NCBI GenBank assembly: GCA_964397435.1
Contig: CAYNHU010000001.1
Span: forward strand, 209-64,208
Length of the DNA: 64,000 bases
Direction: 5' to 3'
Source: an uncultured Candidatus Saccharibacteria bacterium
Lineage (GTDB): Bacteria; Patescibacteriota; Minisyncoccia; Phycocordibacterales; UBA9973
This document shows positions 1 through 8,944 of the stretch, in pieces. Position numbers and translations under genes: made by a program. Each line of letters begins with the position of its first letter. Within the stretch, counting starts at the first letter, position 1. The notes beneath the pieces are model-generated. The model was not told the origin of the DNA and made no database searches. It saw only the letters and a program-made list of their open reading frames with translations.

Positions 1-26
1 CGTTTCAAAAAAAAGAAAGCCGAAGC

Positions 27-113
27 CCGCGCGGATTCCTCCTCAGACTCTTCCTCCGCGCGGACGAGTCCATCGCCCCGCCTCCTTTGCCCCAGAAAAA
101 TTGTGGCGGGGCG
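27..113. repeat. GC-rich double stem-loop element (CCGCGCGGA/TCCGCGCGG 27-63; CGCCCCGCC/GGCGGGGCG 74-113)
   Basis: Two 9-bp inverted repeats with ~20-nt loops, downstream of the tRNA-Ala terminator at the window edge. Confidence 0.6.
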
Positions 114-162
114 CATCAGGAGTTTTTTTCCAAAAAAGGTTCGCGCGAATGCTAGAATAACA

Positions 163-208
163 CCACAGAAATCAAAAAACGCCGAAAGGCGTTTTTTGAT
201 TTCTGTGG
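163..208. terminator. 21-bp perfect hairpin with GAAA loop, overlapping the tRNA-Ala 3' end
   Basis: ccacagaaatcaaaaaacgcc-gaaa-ggcgttttttgatttctgtgg. Confidence 0.8.
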
Positions 209-278
209 ACCCTAGCGGATTCGAACCGCTGACCTCCTCTTTGCAAAAGAGGCGCTCTACCAACTAAGCTAAGGGCCC
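206..278 (-). tRNA. tRNA-Ala(TGC)
   Basis: Cloverleaf GGGCCCT...AGGGTCC-A; anticodon arm cctct-tttgcaa-agagg; TTCGAAT T-loop; no encoded CCA. Confidence 0.96.
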
Positions 279-306
279 ATGTATCGGGCAACTCCGATAT
301 ATTACC

Positions 307-1224
307 CTATTTACCGATTTTTGCAAGCGCTAACTGGATAATATGGTCGATAAACTCAGGGAGAAATACCCCTACCTCAGTAAGCGATCTGTGAATATGT
401 GAATCAGGACTAATTTCAGGATGAGTTCTGAGATTTGTCAAATATATCTGCTTTGGAGTGACAATAAATTCTGCCTGTCCATAATGACGAAGCCCGGATG
501 CTTCGTACAATTCTTTTGCGTGACGTTGTAATATATCTTTCTCCTCTCTCGTTAATCCTCTACCTTGCGGCACAAATGTGTAGAGTGGTTGCTTGCGAAG
601 CTCTTCGGTAACGACAGCTACTGCTGGTTTGCCGTGCACAAATTGCTGTACGTGAATTTCTCCCGGCTTTTCAGATGCCATGCGAAGTCCTTCGAGTAAC
701 TCACCGCGTGTTTTTGCAACGATGTCTGGACTTTGTTTTGATGTGATTACCCATGGTGGTGAAAATTTCAAAAATATTTCTTGCGCATGTTCTTTGAGAT
801 ACACTTCGGGAACGACGGGATTTTGATAGCGATAATCAGGAACAGTGTAATACTGTTGTGTTGCGAGTCCAAGTGTCTGTGCTTTTTCTTTGATGAGCAC
901 TGGATTGTCAGTTAATGCTGAAGCAACTGGGCCTGAGCCGGTATATGGAATACCGAGCGCTTCAAGCTGCGCTTGAAGCGCTCCATCTTCACCATACACA
1001 CCATGCAGTGCATTCCACACGACATCAACACTTTCTTTGAGTTGGTCAGCTGTGATCGGTCGTCCATTGATGTGCCAAACGCCATCTTTGGTAATGAGAA
1101 TATCAATCGGTTTGTATGAGAGTGGAAAATGATCACGTAGTGACTGCAAAATCGTCGCTCCAGTTTCAAGCGACTGATGATATTTATGACTGACACCACC
1201 ACGAACAACACCGACTCTAATCAT
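307..1224 (-). CDS. Degenerate D-alanine--D-alanine ligase-like protein
   Basis: N-terminal GGVSHKY..SL.TG, NALHGVYGEDG and GIPYTGSG are Ddl-like; ATP-grasp motifs are eroded (WVITSK, TNLRTHP). Confidence 0.75.
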   Translation of the reverse strand: MIRVGVVRGGVSHKYHQSLETGATILQSLRDHFPLSYKPIDILITKDGVWHINGRPITADQLKESVDVVWNALHGVYGEDGALQAQLEALGIPYTGSGPVASALTDNPVLIKEKAQTLGLATQQYYTVPDYRYQNPVVPEVYLKEHAQEIFLKFSPPWVITSKQSPDIVAKTRGELLEGLRMASEKPGEIHVQQFVHGKPAVAVVTEELRKQPLYTFVPQGRGLTREEKDILQRHAKELYEASGLRHYGQAEFIVTPKQIYLTNLRTHPEISPDSHIHRSLTEVGVFLPEFIDHIIQLALAKIGK

Positions 1225-1243
1225 GCGTTTAGTATACCGCGAT

Positions 1244-2488
1244 CTAACGCTTGGTGCTAGTCTTCAAGAAATTTTTTGCGCGTTTTTCTTTGTGGAATGT
1301 AATCGCAAATCGATGCGCTTCACTGTTTGCAAGAATAATAGCGCGCTCATGTGTTCGAGTATACGTTTGATCACCTAATATTTCGCGTGCTTTGTGTCGA
1401 TCGTCTTTGACAACTGAGACAAGTGGCACGGTAAGCTGGTAGCGATTGAGCACTTGGCGTCCAATACGAAGTTGTGCTTCTCCGCCATCCATCACCACGA
1501 GATCAGGCATACCCCATTCTGTGTGACGAAATCGTCGTGAGAGTACTTCTTCAAGCGCACCTGTATCGTTACTGTTTGTTTGTGATTGAATCGTAAATTT
1601 GCGGTATTCTGTTTTAGCAGCTTCACCGTTTTCGACAACTGTCATCACACCAACCATGTTTTTACCACTCAAGTGCGCAATATCGTATGCTTCAATACGA
1701 AACGCACGCGGAGAAACTCCAGCTGCTAACAAGCGATCTTCTTTAATGAGTGCAACATCGTTAATGTGTTCAAGTGCAAACATCTGACGCTTAATTTCAC
1801 CCGCGCGTTCAAACTCGTGTTTGCGAGCAGCTTGCATCATGCTTTTATGCAACTTCGCGAGGACTTTCTTTTTCTTGCCTTCAAAAAATAGTTTTATGTG
1901 CGCAATGTTTTCCTTGTACGCATCAGCAACGTCAGCACGTGATGTGTCTGGTGTTAAACCAAGCTGACGATAAAATTCGTAATTATCTTTCTTGATTGAA
2001 TTTTGATCAATGAATGGAAAAATGCGACGAATGATTTTTAATCCTTCGCGAATCGCAGTACCGCTTGGGTATGGTCCATATATTTTTTTGGCGTTAAGCG
2101 TTGCGAGTTCTTGTTTGATTTTTAGATTGCGTCCGCGCACAAGCAACACCTGTGGCAGTGCATCACCGGTAATAACAACATAGTTGAAACTCTTGTTGTC
2201 TTTTTCTTTGGTATTGTATTTAGGCTGATGCTTTTTGATGAGGTTCGCTTCAAGAATGAGTGCTTCGAGCACAGAATCAGTTTCCTGAAATGCGACACGG
2301 TCAGCTTTGAACACCATATCGACAATATGCGGACCACGCGTTTCAATCAGGTCTTTTGCAAAATAACTTCGAACACGATCGCGGAGTGATGTCGCTTTAC
2401 CAATGTACAACAGACTCTTTCCTTTATAGAAAAAGTAAACGCCCGGATTGTCCGGCAATTGCATACGTTGTAGTTGTTCCAACTTCAT
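1244..2488 (-). CDS. uvrC: UvrC-like excinuclease, short form (GIY-YIG, UVR, RNase H-like; no HhH tail)
   Basis: PGVYFF..LYIGKA.SLRDRVRSYF, EALILEANLIK..PKYN, RIEAYDIAH, PDLVVMDGG..Q, EAHRFAITFH. Confidence 0.9.
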   Translation of the reverse strand: MKLEQLQRMQLPDNPGVYFFYKGKSLLYIGKATSLRDRVRSYFAKDLIETRGPHIVDMVFKADRVAFQETDSVLEALILEANLIKKHQPKYNTKEKDNKSFNYVVITGDALPQVLLVRGRNLKIKQELATLNAKKIYGPYPSGTAIREGLKIIRRIFPFIDQNSIKKDNYEFYRQLGLTPDTSRADVADAYKENIAHIKLFFEGKKKKVLAKLHKSMMQAARKHEFERAGEIKRQMFALEHINDVALIKEDRLLAAGVSPRAFRIEAYDIAHLSGKNMVGVMTVVENGEAAKTEYRKFTIQSQTNSNDTGALEEVLSRRFRHTEWGMPDLVVMDGGEAQLRIGRQVLNRYQLTVPLVSVVKDDRHKAREILGDQTYTRTHERAIILANSEAHRFAITFHKEKRAKNFLKTSTKR

Positions 2489-2519
2489 ATAGCTCTAGTA
2501 TAAAGCATACTAGCGTATA

Positions 2520-2547
2520 TTGACAAAAATGAAATAGGTTTCATAAT
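2520..2547 (+). promoter_or_regulatory. sigma70-like promoter TTGACA-16-CATAAT
   Basis: Motif upstream of ORF 2567. Confidence 0.55.
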
Positions 2548-2566
2548 ATATTCAAATCATTGAAAT

Positions 2567-2947
2567 ATGCAACAGGGAAATTACCTAACTCCGAAACGAG
2601 TTACCGCACTTTTGATTGCCTTCAGCATCATGACCGCATTCATCATGTTGATGATCGTACTCTTCCCTCACACGTTTGGTCGCCAATGCTATTTGGGACC
2701 ACACAATTCACACATAGAGACATCTCCGTGGAAATGGTTCTGTTTTATTGAACTACTTGGCCTACTGATAGCTCCGTTCATCGTTGGACTGCACTACAAA
2801 AGCTGGATGCTTGAGCATCCTATCTGCACACAACCGGCACTCATCACAAGAGTGACAACATTTATTTCAAACAACAGTTTATTTTTTCTAATTCTAATAG
2901 GATTTCTTGTTATCAAAACAGCGTGGTATCTTTCCTCGCTCTTTTAA
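2567..2947 (+). CDS. Hypothetical membrane protein (about 3 TM)
   Basis: 126-aa ORF with hydrophobic segments, own promoter and a downstream terminator (2997-3023). Confidence 0.65.
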   Translation: MQQGNYLTPKRVTALLIAFSIMTAFIMLMIVLFPHTFGRQCYLGPHNSHIETSPWKWFCFIELLGLLIAPFIVGLHYKSWMLEHPICTQPALITRVTTFISNNSLFFLILIGFLVIKTAWYLSSLF

Positions 2948-3029
2948 ACTCATATAACAACACAACATACTAGATACAACACATTAGATTCGTATTGCCC
3001 AGCACTTTGCTCGGGCTTTTTTTATTATA

Positions 3030-3058
3030 TTGACTAGTTCGAATACATGTATTATAGT
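3030..3058 (+). promoter_or_regulatory. sigma70-like promoter TTGACT-17-TATAGT
   Basis: Near-consensus motif upstream of ORF 3079. Confidence 0.65.
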
Positions 3059-3078
3059 CAAAACAAATTAGTTCAACT

Positions 3079-3474
3079 ATGAAAACAGAACAAACTCCTC
3101 GTTCAACACTGATTGTTACTTCTATACTTTTTGAACTGTTACGTGACGGTATCCATGGTTCATGGAAAGTACCTACATTATTGATTGCCACGCCTTCAGA
3201 ACAAGATATACAAGAGCCAGAGAAATACCTGCTCGACCAAATCATCGAAAAGCATCCCGAAGCGGCACTCATCATCAAAAACCAGTTTACCCCAGTGTAT
3301 GAGAGATCTTCTCGCATCACTATTCAGAAACTCTATGTTACTGGACCGGAACTGGAACGCGATGCTGAACAAAGCCGTATAATACAGGGCAAGCTTTCGG
3401 CTTTTCTGAAAAACGAGACAGAGATACTCGCCCGTCACATTTATTTTCCTCACCTTAAACACAACCAACCATGA
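3079..3474 (+). CDS. Hypothetical protein
   Basis: 131-aa ORF with promoter; ATGA overlap with the next ORF. Confidence 0.65.
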   Translation: MKTEQTPRSTLIVTSILFELLRDGIHGSWKVPTLLIATPSEQDIQEPEKYLLDQIIEKHPEAALIIKNQFTPVYERSSRITIQKLYVTGPELERDAEQSRIIQGKLSAFLKNETEILARHIYFPHLKHNQP

Positions 3475-3758
3475 ATGCTTTCCTCAAAGAACTTGGTGTA
3501 TATATTTTACACTGGTTCAGATTACCGCTCTTAGTTGCACTTTTGTACGGAAGTATTGCGGGTGTGCCATCGTTACTCTATGGTGCCGGCACGTTTTCAA
3601 GAGTTTCGTACGATGTGTATTTTTACAACGAAAACGTATCGTTTGAAGTACCTGAACAATACTTTGTAACAACATTCACCATTATTGCAGTACTTGTTGT
3701 ACTTGCACTATTTACAGCACATTTTGTCAGCTGGCTTGATAGAAGAACAACTGATTAA
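3471..3758 (+). CDS. Hypothetical membrane protein (2 TM)
   Basis: 95 aa, translationally coupled to 3079..3474, followed by a hairpin. Confidence 0.65.
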   Translation: MNAFLKELGVYILHWFRLPLLVALLYGSIAGVPSLLYGAGTFSRVSYDVYFYNENVSFEVPEQYFVTTFTIIAVLVVLALFTAHFVSWLDRRTTD

Positions 3759-3783
3759 CATATGAGGGGGATTATGCAAAGAA

Positions 3784-3815
3784 CCGCTTGGATTCACATC
3801 CAAGCGGCCTTTTTA
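3784..3815 (+). terminator. Intrinsic terminator
   Basis: ccgcttggat-tcac-atccaagcgg followed by a T-run, between convergent genes. Confidence 0.7.
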
Positions 3816-3857
3816 TTTCCCATTGTTTCCTCTTCTCCTACTTTTGATATTTGTTTC

Positions 3858-6464
3858 TTACTTACGTAATACTTTTTTGAGATATTTACCAGTATGTGAT
3901 TTTGGATTGTTTGCGACGTCTTCGGGTGTACCGACTGCAACAATTTTTCCACCACCAACGCCACCTTCAGGGCCGATATCAATCAAGTAGTCAGAGCATT
4001 TAATAATGTCCATGTTGTGCTCAATCAATACAACGGTGTTGCCTTTTTGAACGAGCAACTGGAGCACGTCGAGCAATTTTGCAACGTCATCATAGTGCAA
4101 TCCAACAGTTGGCTCATCAAGCAAGTAAATTGTTTTTTCAAGATGTGGTCGGTAGAGTTCTGAACTGATTTTGACACGTTGCGCTTCTCCACCCGAAAGT
4201 GTTGTCGCACTTTGTCCAAGTTCGAGATATGCAAGTCCTACATCACCGAGCGTTTGCAATCGATCGTGAATCGCAGGAATATCTTCGAAGAACGTAAGCG
4301 CTTCTTCGACAGTCATGCGGAGAATTTCGTAAATGTTCTTTTTCTTGTATTTAACTGCGAGTGTTTCTTTGTCGAATCGTTTGCCGGCACAGACATCACA
4401 GGTAACGTACACCGTTGGCAAGAAGTGCATTTCAACAGCAATTTCGCCATTACCTTCACACGCTTCACAGCGACCGCCTTTGACGTTAAATGAGAAACGG
4501 TTTGATTTCCATCCACGCAAGCGAGCTTCTTCGGTTGCGGCAAACAAATCACGAATATGTGTCCACGCGCCAGTGTAGGTTGCGATGTTTGAACGTGGTG
4601 TACGGCCGATTGGAGATTGGTCGATCAAAATAGCACGTGAGATGTATTCTGTCCCAGTAAATGACGCGCAGTTATATCGCTCCGCTGAACGGTAGCGACG
4701 GTCGAGTTTGGCAGCAAGATTTTTGTGCAAAATCTCGTACATAAATGAACTTTTTCCAGAACCAGACACACCTGTGATTGTCACCATGCGTCCAAGTGGA
4801 ACTTCAACATTCATGTCTTTGATATTGAATACATTACCGTTAACGATTTTGATACTTCCCTTGTCTTTGGTGCGACGTTCGTCAGGAACTTCAATTTTGG
4901 TTTCTTCGCGGAGGTATGCAAGTGTACGTGAACCACTGTCATTTTTCTTTGCAGACAAGAGATGGTCAAGGAATCCTGAAACAATAACGTTACCACCGTG
5001 CACGCCGGCTTTTGGTCCGATATCAACGATATAGTCCGATGCGTAGATTGTGTCTTCATCGTGCTCAACAACCAAAATAGTGTTGCCGAGGTCACGCAAG
5101 TTGAGCAATGTTTCAATCAAGCGTTCATTGTCACGCTGGTGCAAACCAATCGTTGGTTCATCGAGCACGTAGAGTGCGCCCACCAGTCGTGAGCCGAGCT
5201 GTGATGCGAGACGAATACGCTGCGCTTCACCACCTGAGAGTGTATTTGCACGACGATCGAGTGTGAGATATTCGAGACCCACATCAAGCATGAACTGGAG
5301 ACGTGCTTCAATTTCGCGCAATACTGGAACTGAAATTTCTTTATCTTTTGGAGAAAGTTTGAGGTTTGTAATGAAGTGCTGCGCATCAGCGATCGAGAGT
5401 GACGCAAAGCGAACAACGTTGATGCGAGTTTTTTGATCGTTTCCGATAAACACATTGAGCGCTTCAACACGAAGACGCTTACCCTGACAACCATCACATG
5501 GTTCATCGCCAAAGAAATGCTTCGTGCCAAGTCCATTACACACAGCACATGCACCATATGGTGAGTTGAATGAGAACAAACGTGGTTCAATTTCTGGAAA
5601 TGAGAAACCATCGTTCGGACATGCGAATTTCGCTGAAAGCAAAAATTCTTCTTGTCCATCAAACTGAATCGTTACCAAACCATCAGCTTCGAGCAATGCG
5701 CGCTCAACTGCTTCTGAGAGGCGCTGACGGCTGCCGTCTTTGTCTGCCTTGAATTCATGCACAGCAAATTCATCAACGAGCACATCGATGTTGTGTGCTT
5801 TGTTTTTTGAGAGCACAATTTGTTCACGAAGATTTTTCATCGCGCCATCGAGACGGATTGAAACGAAACCTTTGCCGAGTAAATCGTAGAGCATCTGGTA
5901 GTGCTCGCCTTTTCGTCCGCGAATAATCGGTGCGAAAATGTGCACTTTGGTATCATTCCACTCAACACCCATGACTGACTTTTTCTTGCCGCCCTCTTTC
6001 ATGAAGCCATTCACTTTTTCAATGATGAAGTTAACGATTTCTTCGTTCGAGAGTTTTTTGATTTCTGTACCACAATCAGGACAAATTGGTTTACCAATAC
6101 GAGCATAGAGCACGCGGAGATAGTCGTAAATTTCGGTAATGGTTGCTACCGTTGAACGTGGGTTATTTGAACGAGACTTCTGATCGATTGAGATTGCCGG
6201 TGACAAACCAGTAATTTCATCAACATCTGGTTTTGGCATTTGGTTCAAAAATTGTCGGGCGTACGCCGAAAGTGACTCAACGTAGCGACGCTGGCCTTCT
6301 GCGAAAATAGTGTCGAATGCAAGTGATGATTTACCTGAACCAGACATACCGGTTACCACAATCATTTTATTGCGTGGCATTTCAACATCTATGTTTTTCA
6401 AGTTATGGGTTCGAGCCCCCTTAACAATGATCGAATCCTGATTTTTATTTTCTTTATGTGGCAT
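3858..6464 (-). CDS. uvrA: Excinuclease ABC subunit A
   Basis: GARTHNLKN, two Walker A motifs ([18 protein letters not shown]), LSGGEAQR x2, zinc fingers; start reassigned to ATG at 6464. Confidence 0.97.
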   Translation of the reverse strand: MPHKENKNQDSIIVKGARTHNLKNIDVEMPRNKMIVVTGMSGSGKSSLAFDTIFAEGQRRYVESLSAYARQFLNQMPKPDVDEITGLSPAISIDQKSRSNNPRSTVATITEIYDYLRVLYARIGKPICPDCGTEIKKLSNEEIVNFIIEKVNGFMKEGGKKKSVMGVEWNDTKVHIFAPIIRGRKGEHYQMLYDLLGKGFVSIRLDGAMKNLREQIVLSKNKAHNIDVLVDEFAVHEFKADKDGSRQRLSEAVERALLEADGLVTIQFDGQEEFLLSAKFACPNDGFSFPEIEPRLFSFNSPYGACAVCNGLGTKHFFGDEPCDGCQGKRLRVEALNVFIGNDQKTRINVVRFASLSIADAQHFITNLKLSPKDKEISVPVLREIEARLQFMLDVGLEYLTLDRRANTLSGGEAQRIRLASQLGSRLVGALYVLDEPTIGLHQRDNERLIETLLNLRDLGNTILVVEHDEDTIYASDYIVDIGPKAGVHGGNVIVSGFLDHLLSAKKNDSGSRTLAYLREETKIEVPDERRTKDKGSIKIVNGNVFNIKDMNVEVPLGRMVTITGVSGSGKSSFMYEILHKNLAAKLDRRYRSAERYNCASFTGTEYISRAILIDQSPIGRTPRSNIATYTGAWTHIRDLFAATEEARLRGWKSNRFSFNVKGGRCEACEGNGEIAVEMHFLPTVYVTCDVCAGKRFDKETLAVKYKKKNIYEILRMTVEEALTFFEDIPAIHDRLQTLGDVGLAYLELGQSATTLSGGEAQRVKISSELYRPHLEKTIYLLDEPTVGLHYDDVAKLLDVLQLLVQKGNTVVLIEHNMDIIKCSDYLIDIGPEGGVGGGKIVAVGTPEDVANNPKSHTGKYLKKVLRK

Positions 6465-6600
6465 ATATACACTCATACACGAGAACCGCACCCACCAGAA
6501 GTCCTTGGGGGTGTCTATCTCTATATATACCCGCATTCTAGCATGAACCCGTAGTTTGACAAACAAATACCCGAAGCGCACAATACAAAAAAATCACACT

Positions 6601-7011
6601 ATGAACGCGCACTTTCACATCGTAAGTCCAAGCGATATCGGCTGGATCAAAAATGACATCCAACAACTTTTTCACAAAGGCAACATCATCACCTACTCGA
6701 TACTGAGCACAGACCTTGAAACAGTCGTTGACGCTGAGGAAGAAGATATGTTTGACGCAATACCAAAAACAGAACAACTATCGATTGCGCATCCGGTTAT
6801 AGAAAGCACAGATACACAATTGATACTTCCAATACTTGCACCAGAAAATCAAGTTATCATCAACCTCGGTGACAAAATTTACTTGAATGAAGTTTCTTGC
6901 ATGATTGAGAAACCTGGAATACCACTCGGTTCCCCTCCAATTGTGTACATTTTTGAACACACACCAACAGCATCCGAATTACTCGGACAAGCATATCTCA
7001 ACAACGCATAA
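6601..7011 (+). CDS. Hypothetical protein
   Basis: 136-aa acidic ORF from ATG 6601, TTGACA upstream, terminator at ~7057-7082. Confidence 0.6.
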   Translation: MNAHFHIVSPSDIGWIKNDIQQLFHKGNIITYSILSTDLETVVDAEEEDMFDAIPKTEQLSIAHPVIESTDTQLILPILAPENQVIINLGDKIYLNEVSCMIEKPGIPLGSPPIVYIFEHTPTASELLGQAYLNNA

Positions 7012-7083
7012 CAACACACATACCCGTCCACAAACACATTTCAAACGAATTCATCCGGCACTGCTTCACGCGGTGCTTTTTTA

Positions 7084-7112
7084 TTGAAAAAAAGATGTTT
7101 TTCTGGTATCGT
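7084..7112 (+). promoter_or_regulatory. tRNA-Glu promoter TTGAAA-17-TATCGT with extended -10 TG
   Basis: Motif 13 nt upstream of the tRNA. Confidence 0.55.
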
Positions 7113-7125
7113 ACAGAAGCTAACC

Positions 7126-7197
7126 GGTCCCATCGTCTAGTGGTTAGGACAGCGGGTTCTCAATCCGTTAACCGGAGTTCGACTCTCCGTGGGATCA
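7126..7197 (+). tRNA. tRNA-Glu(CTC)
   Basis: GGTCCCA...TGGGATC-A; anticodon loop ttctcaa; GTTCGAC. Confidence 0.95.
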
Positions 7198-7225
7198 CAA
7201 ATAATAGCTAGCACTAAAAAAAATA

Positions 7226-8041
7226 ATGCAACTCAACTCATTAAATTTAAATAGATTAAAAAAGACGCAAGAGGATTTATATAACTTTTTGGACAGGGAT
7301 GACTACATAGATGGAAGTGAAATTCGTCAGTGGATTTCAGAAAGCGTTGTTCACTTTACCGAACTCGGAGTGCCACAAAATATTATTCAGTTTTTCTTAG
7401 AAAAACTAGACTATAGAGACATTCAAAGTGACAGTAGATTGATTACTTCACAACCATCAGGAAGTCATGGTCCTTTCCTTTACCATGAGGGATTCGGATA
7501 CGAAATATCTCAAGAAAATAGATTAACAGGAAAAGAGGGTGGTAAAACTAAAATGACTCCTATTTTGGTTGCTTTTAAGGTTGCTGAAAATTTACTTTCA
7601 AAATATGAGGATACATTAAGATTAGTACCCATGACTTTAATTAATGAACTTGATAAATACAATGAAACAAAAACGATTTCAGTCTCACTATCAGCGATTC
7701 AGTCGTCATTCAATGAGAGGGACTCTAAGAAAATGTTATCGGCTTTAATTTCAACTACAGAGAGTTTGTTTAAATTAATCCCTGAAATTTTAGACACGGA
7801 AAAAATTGGACCAAAAATCAGAAAAATATATGATGATAAGAATATATATGAAAAATATTCAATTAATCGTGAGATATTATGGTCTCTAAATAACGCTAGG
7901 ATTATAAGAAATATAGACATACATAATCCTAATAAAGATAACGAGACTACTTTTTATGAAGCGGTAAGCTATGCTCATATAATTATTATATTAACTCTTT
8001 CTATGCTTAGCTCTGGGGGACTAACCTTAACAGAAGCATAG
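7226..8041 (+). CDS. AT-rich hypothetical protein with a C-terminal HEPN-like RxxxxH motif
   Basis: 271 aa; helical C-terminus with RNIDIH; codon usage differs from the flanking core genes. Confidence 0.65.
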   Translation: MQLNSLNLNRLKKTQEDLYNFLDRDDYIDGSEIRQWISESVVHFTELGVPQNIIQFFLEKLDYRDIQSDSRLITSQPSGSHGPFLYHEGFGYEISQENRLTGKEGGKTKMTPILVAFKVAENLLSKYEDTLRLVPMTLINELDKYNETKTISVSLSAIQSSFNERDSKKMLSALISTTESLFKLIPEILDTEKIGPKIRKIYDDKNIYEKYSINREILWSLNNARIIRNIDIHNPNKDNETTFYEAVSYAHIIIILTLSMLSSGGLTLTEA

Positions 8042-8123
8042 AATCAACTGAATGCTCATATTTTAAAACTAACTATAAGGTATAAAACCTTTTAGATACT
8101 TTATTTTAGTATATAATACCCTT

Positions 8124-8570
8124 ATGAAAGACTTTCTTAAAAAGAACACACGTTGGGTTGTTTTTGCGATTTTTGCTGTCGCGTTAGATTTTCTACAAAG
8201 AGGATATTTTTTTACAATGTTCTTTGTTTACGCTTTATTTATAAATTTTTTAGCGTCGGGTTTTTTGAAAGAAAAATTTAAAAAAATAGTAAACGCAGTT
8301 ATATTGGTTATTTTAATTTCTTCTTTTGGACTAACCGTGTACGTAAATTGGTATTTACCTCGTGGACCAATGATTGACACAGGAGAAACAGAGGAAGTTT
8401 GTATTGCCGATAATCGAGGTTGTAAAGAAGTAGAAAGATATGTAGAAGATACAAGAAATTTAGATATTCCTGAATGGGCTAAATTTCTTAAACGATATGG
8501 GTTAATGACACTTTTACTAATAGCTTTTGCATACATAGCGTCTACGAAAAAAGAAAAAATACATGAGTAA
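8124..8570 (+). CDS. Hypothetical membrane protein
   Basis: 148 aa, several TM segments, TATAAT 6 nt before ATG. Confidence 0.7.
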   Translation: MKDFLKKNTRWVVFAIFAVALDFLQRGYFFTMFFVYALFINFLASGFLKEKFKKIVNAVILVILISSFGLTVYVNWYLPRGPMIDTGETEEVCIADNRGCKEVERYVEDTRNLDIPEWAKFLKRYGLMTLLLIAFAYIASTKKEKIHE

Positions 8571-8874
8571 CTTTATAAAAGAAAACTGGTTTAAACTTTT
8601 AGGAGTAATATTGCTTGTTATTGGAATTGCAGATCATCCATATAGCTATTATCAAATCTTGAGATGGTCAATCATGATAATTGCTGGTTACTCTGCTTAT
8701 TTATCAAATAAAAAGGATGACGAGGTTTGGTTTTGGATTTTTGCCATATTAGCCATTTTGTTCAATCCTATTATCCCGTTCTATTTTTCAAAAGACACTT
8801 GGCAGATTATCGATCTAGCTACTGCTGTTATTTTATTTGTTAATGTTATTGGTTTTAAAAAGTTACAAAAATAA
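8563..8874 (+). CDS. Small membrane protein, DUF6804-like
   Basis: PYSYYQILRW...AILFNPIIPFYFSKDTWQIIDL pattern. Confidence 0.7.
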   Translation: MSNFIKENWFKLLGVILLVIGIADHPYSYYQILRWSIMIIAGYSAYLSNKKDDEVWFWIFAILAILFNPIIPFYFSKDTWQIIDLATAVILFVNVIGFKKLQK

Positions 8875-8883
8875 TTTACTAGA

Positions 8884-8932
8884 AAAACTAAAAAGAGTGT
8901 CAGGGTAATACCCTGACACTCTTTTTAGTTTT
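8884..8932. terminator. 24-bp-arm perfect inverted repeat (bidirectional terminator)
   Basis: aaaactaaaaagagtgtcagggta-a-taccctgacactctttttagtttt between convergent genes. Confidence 0.8.
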
Positions 8933-8944
8933 ATCTCTTCCCTT

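Noticed and set aside
7126-8932. Prophage or integrative element at tRNA-Glu (also checked Tyr, Gln and Lys)
   Set aside because: No integrase, phage genes or duplicated tRNA 3' end found by eye; kept only as accessory islets
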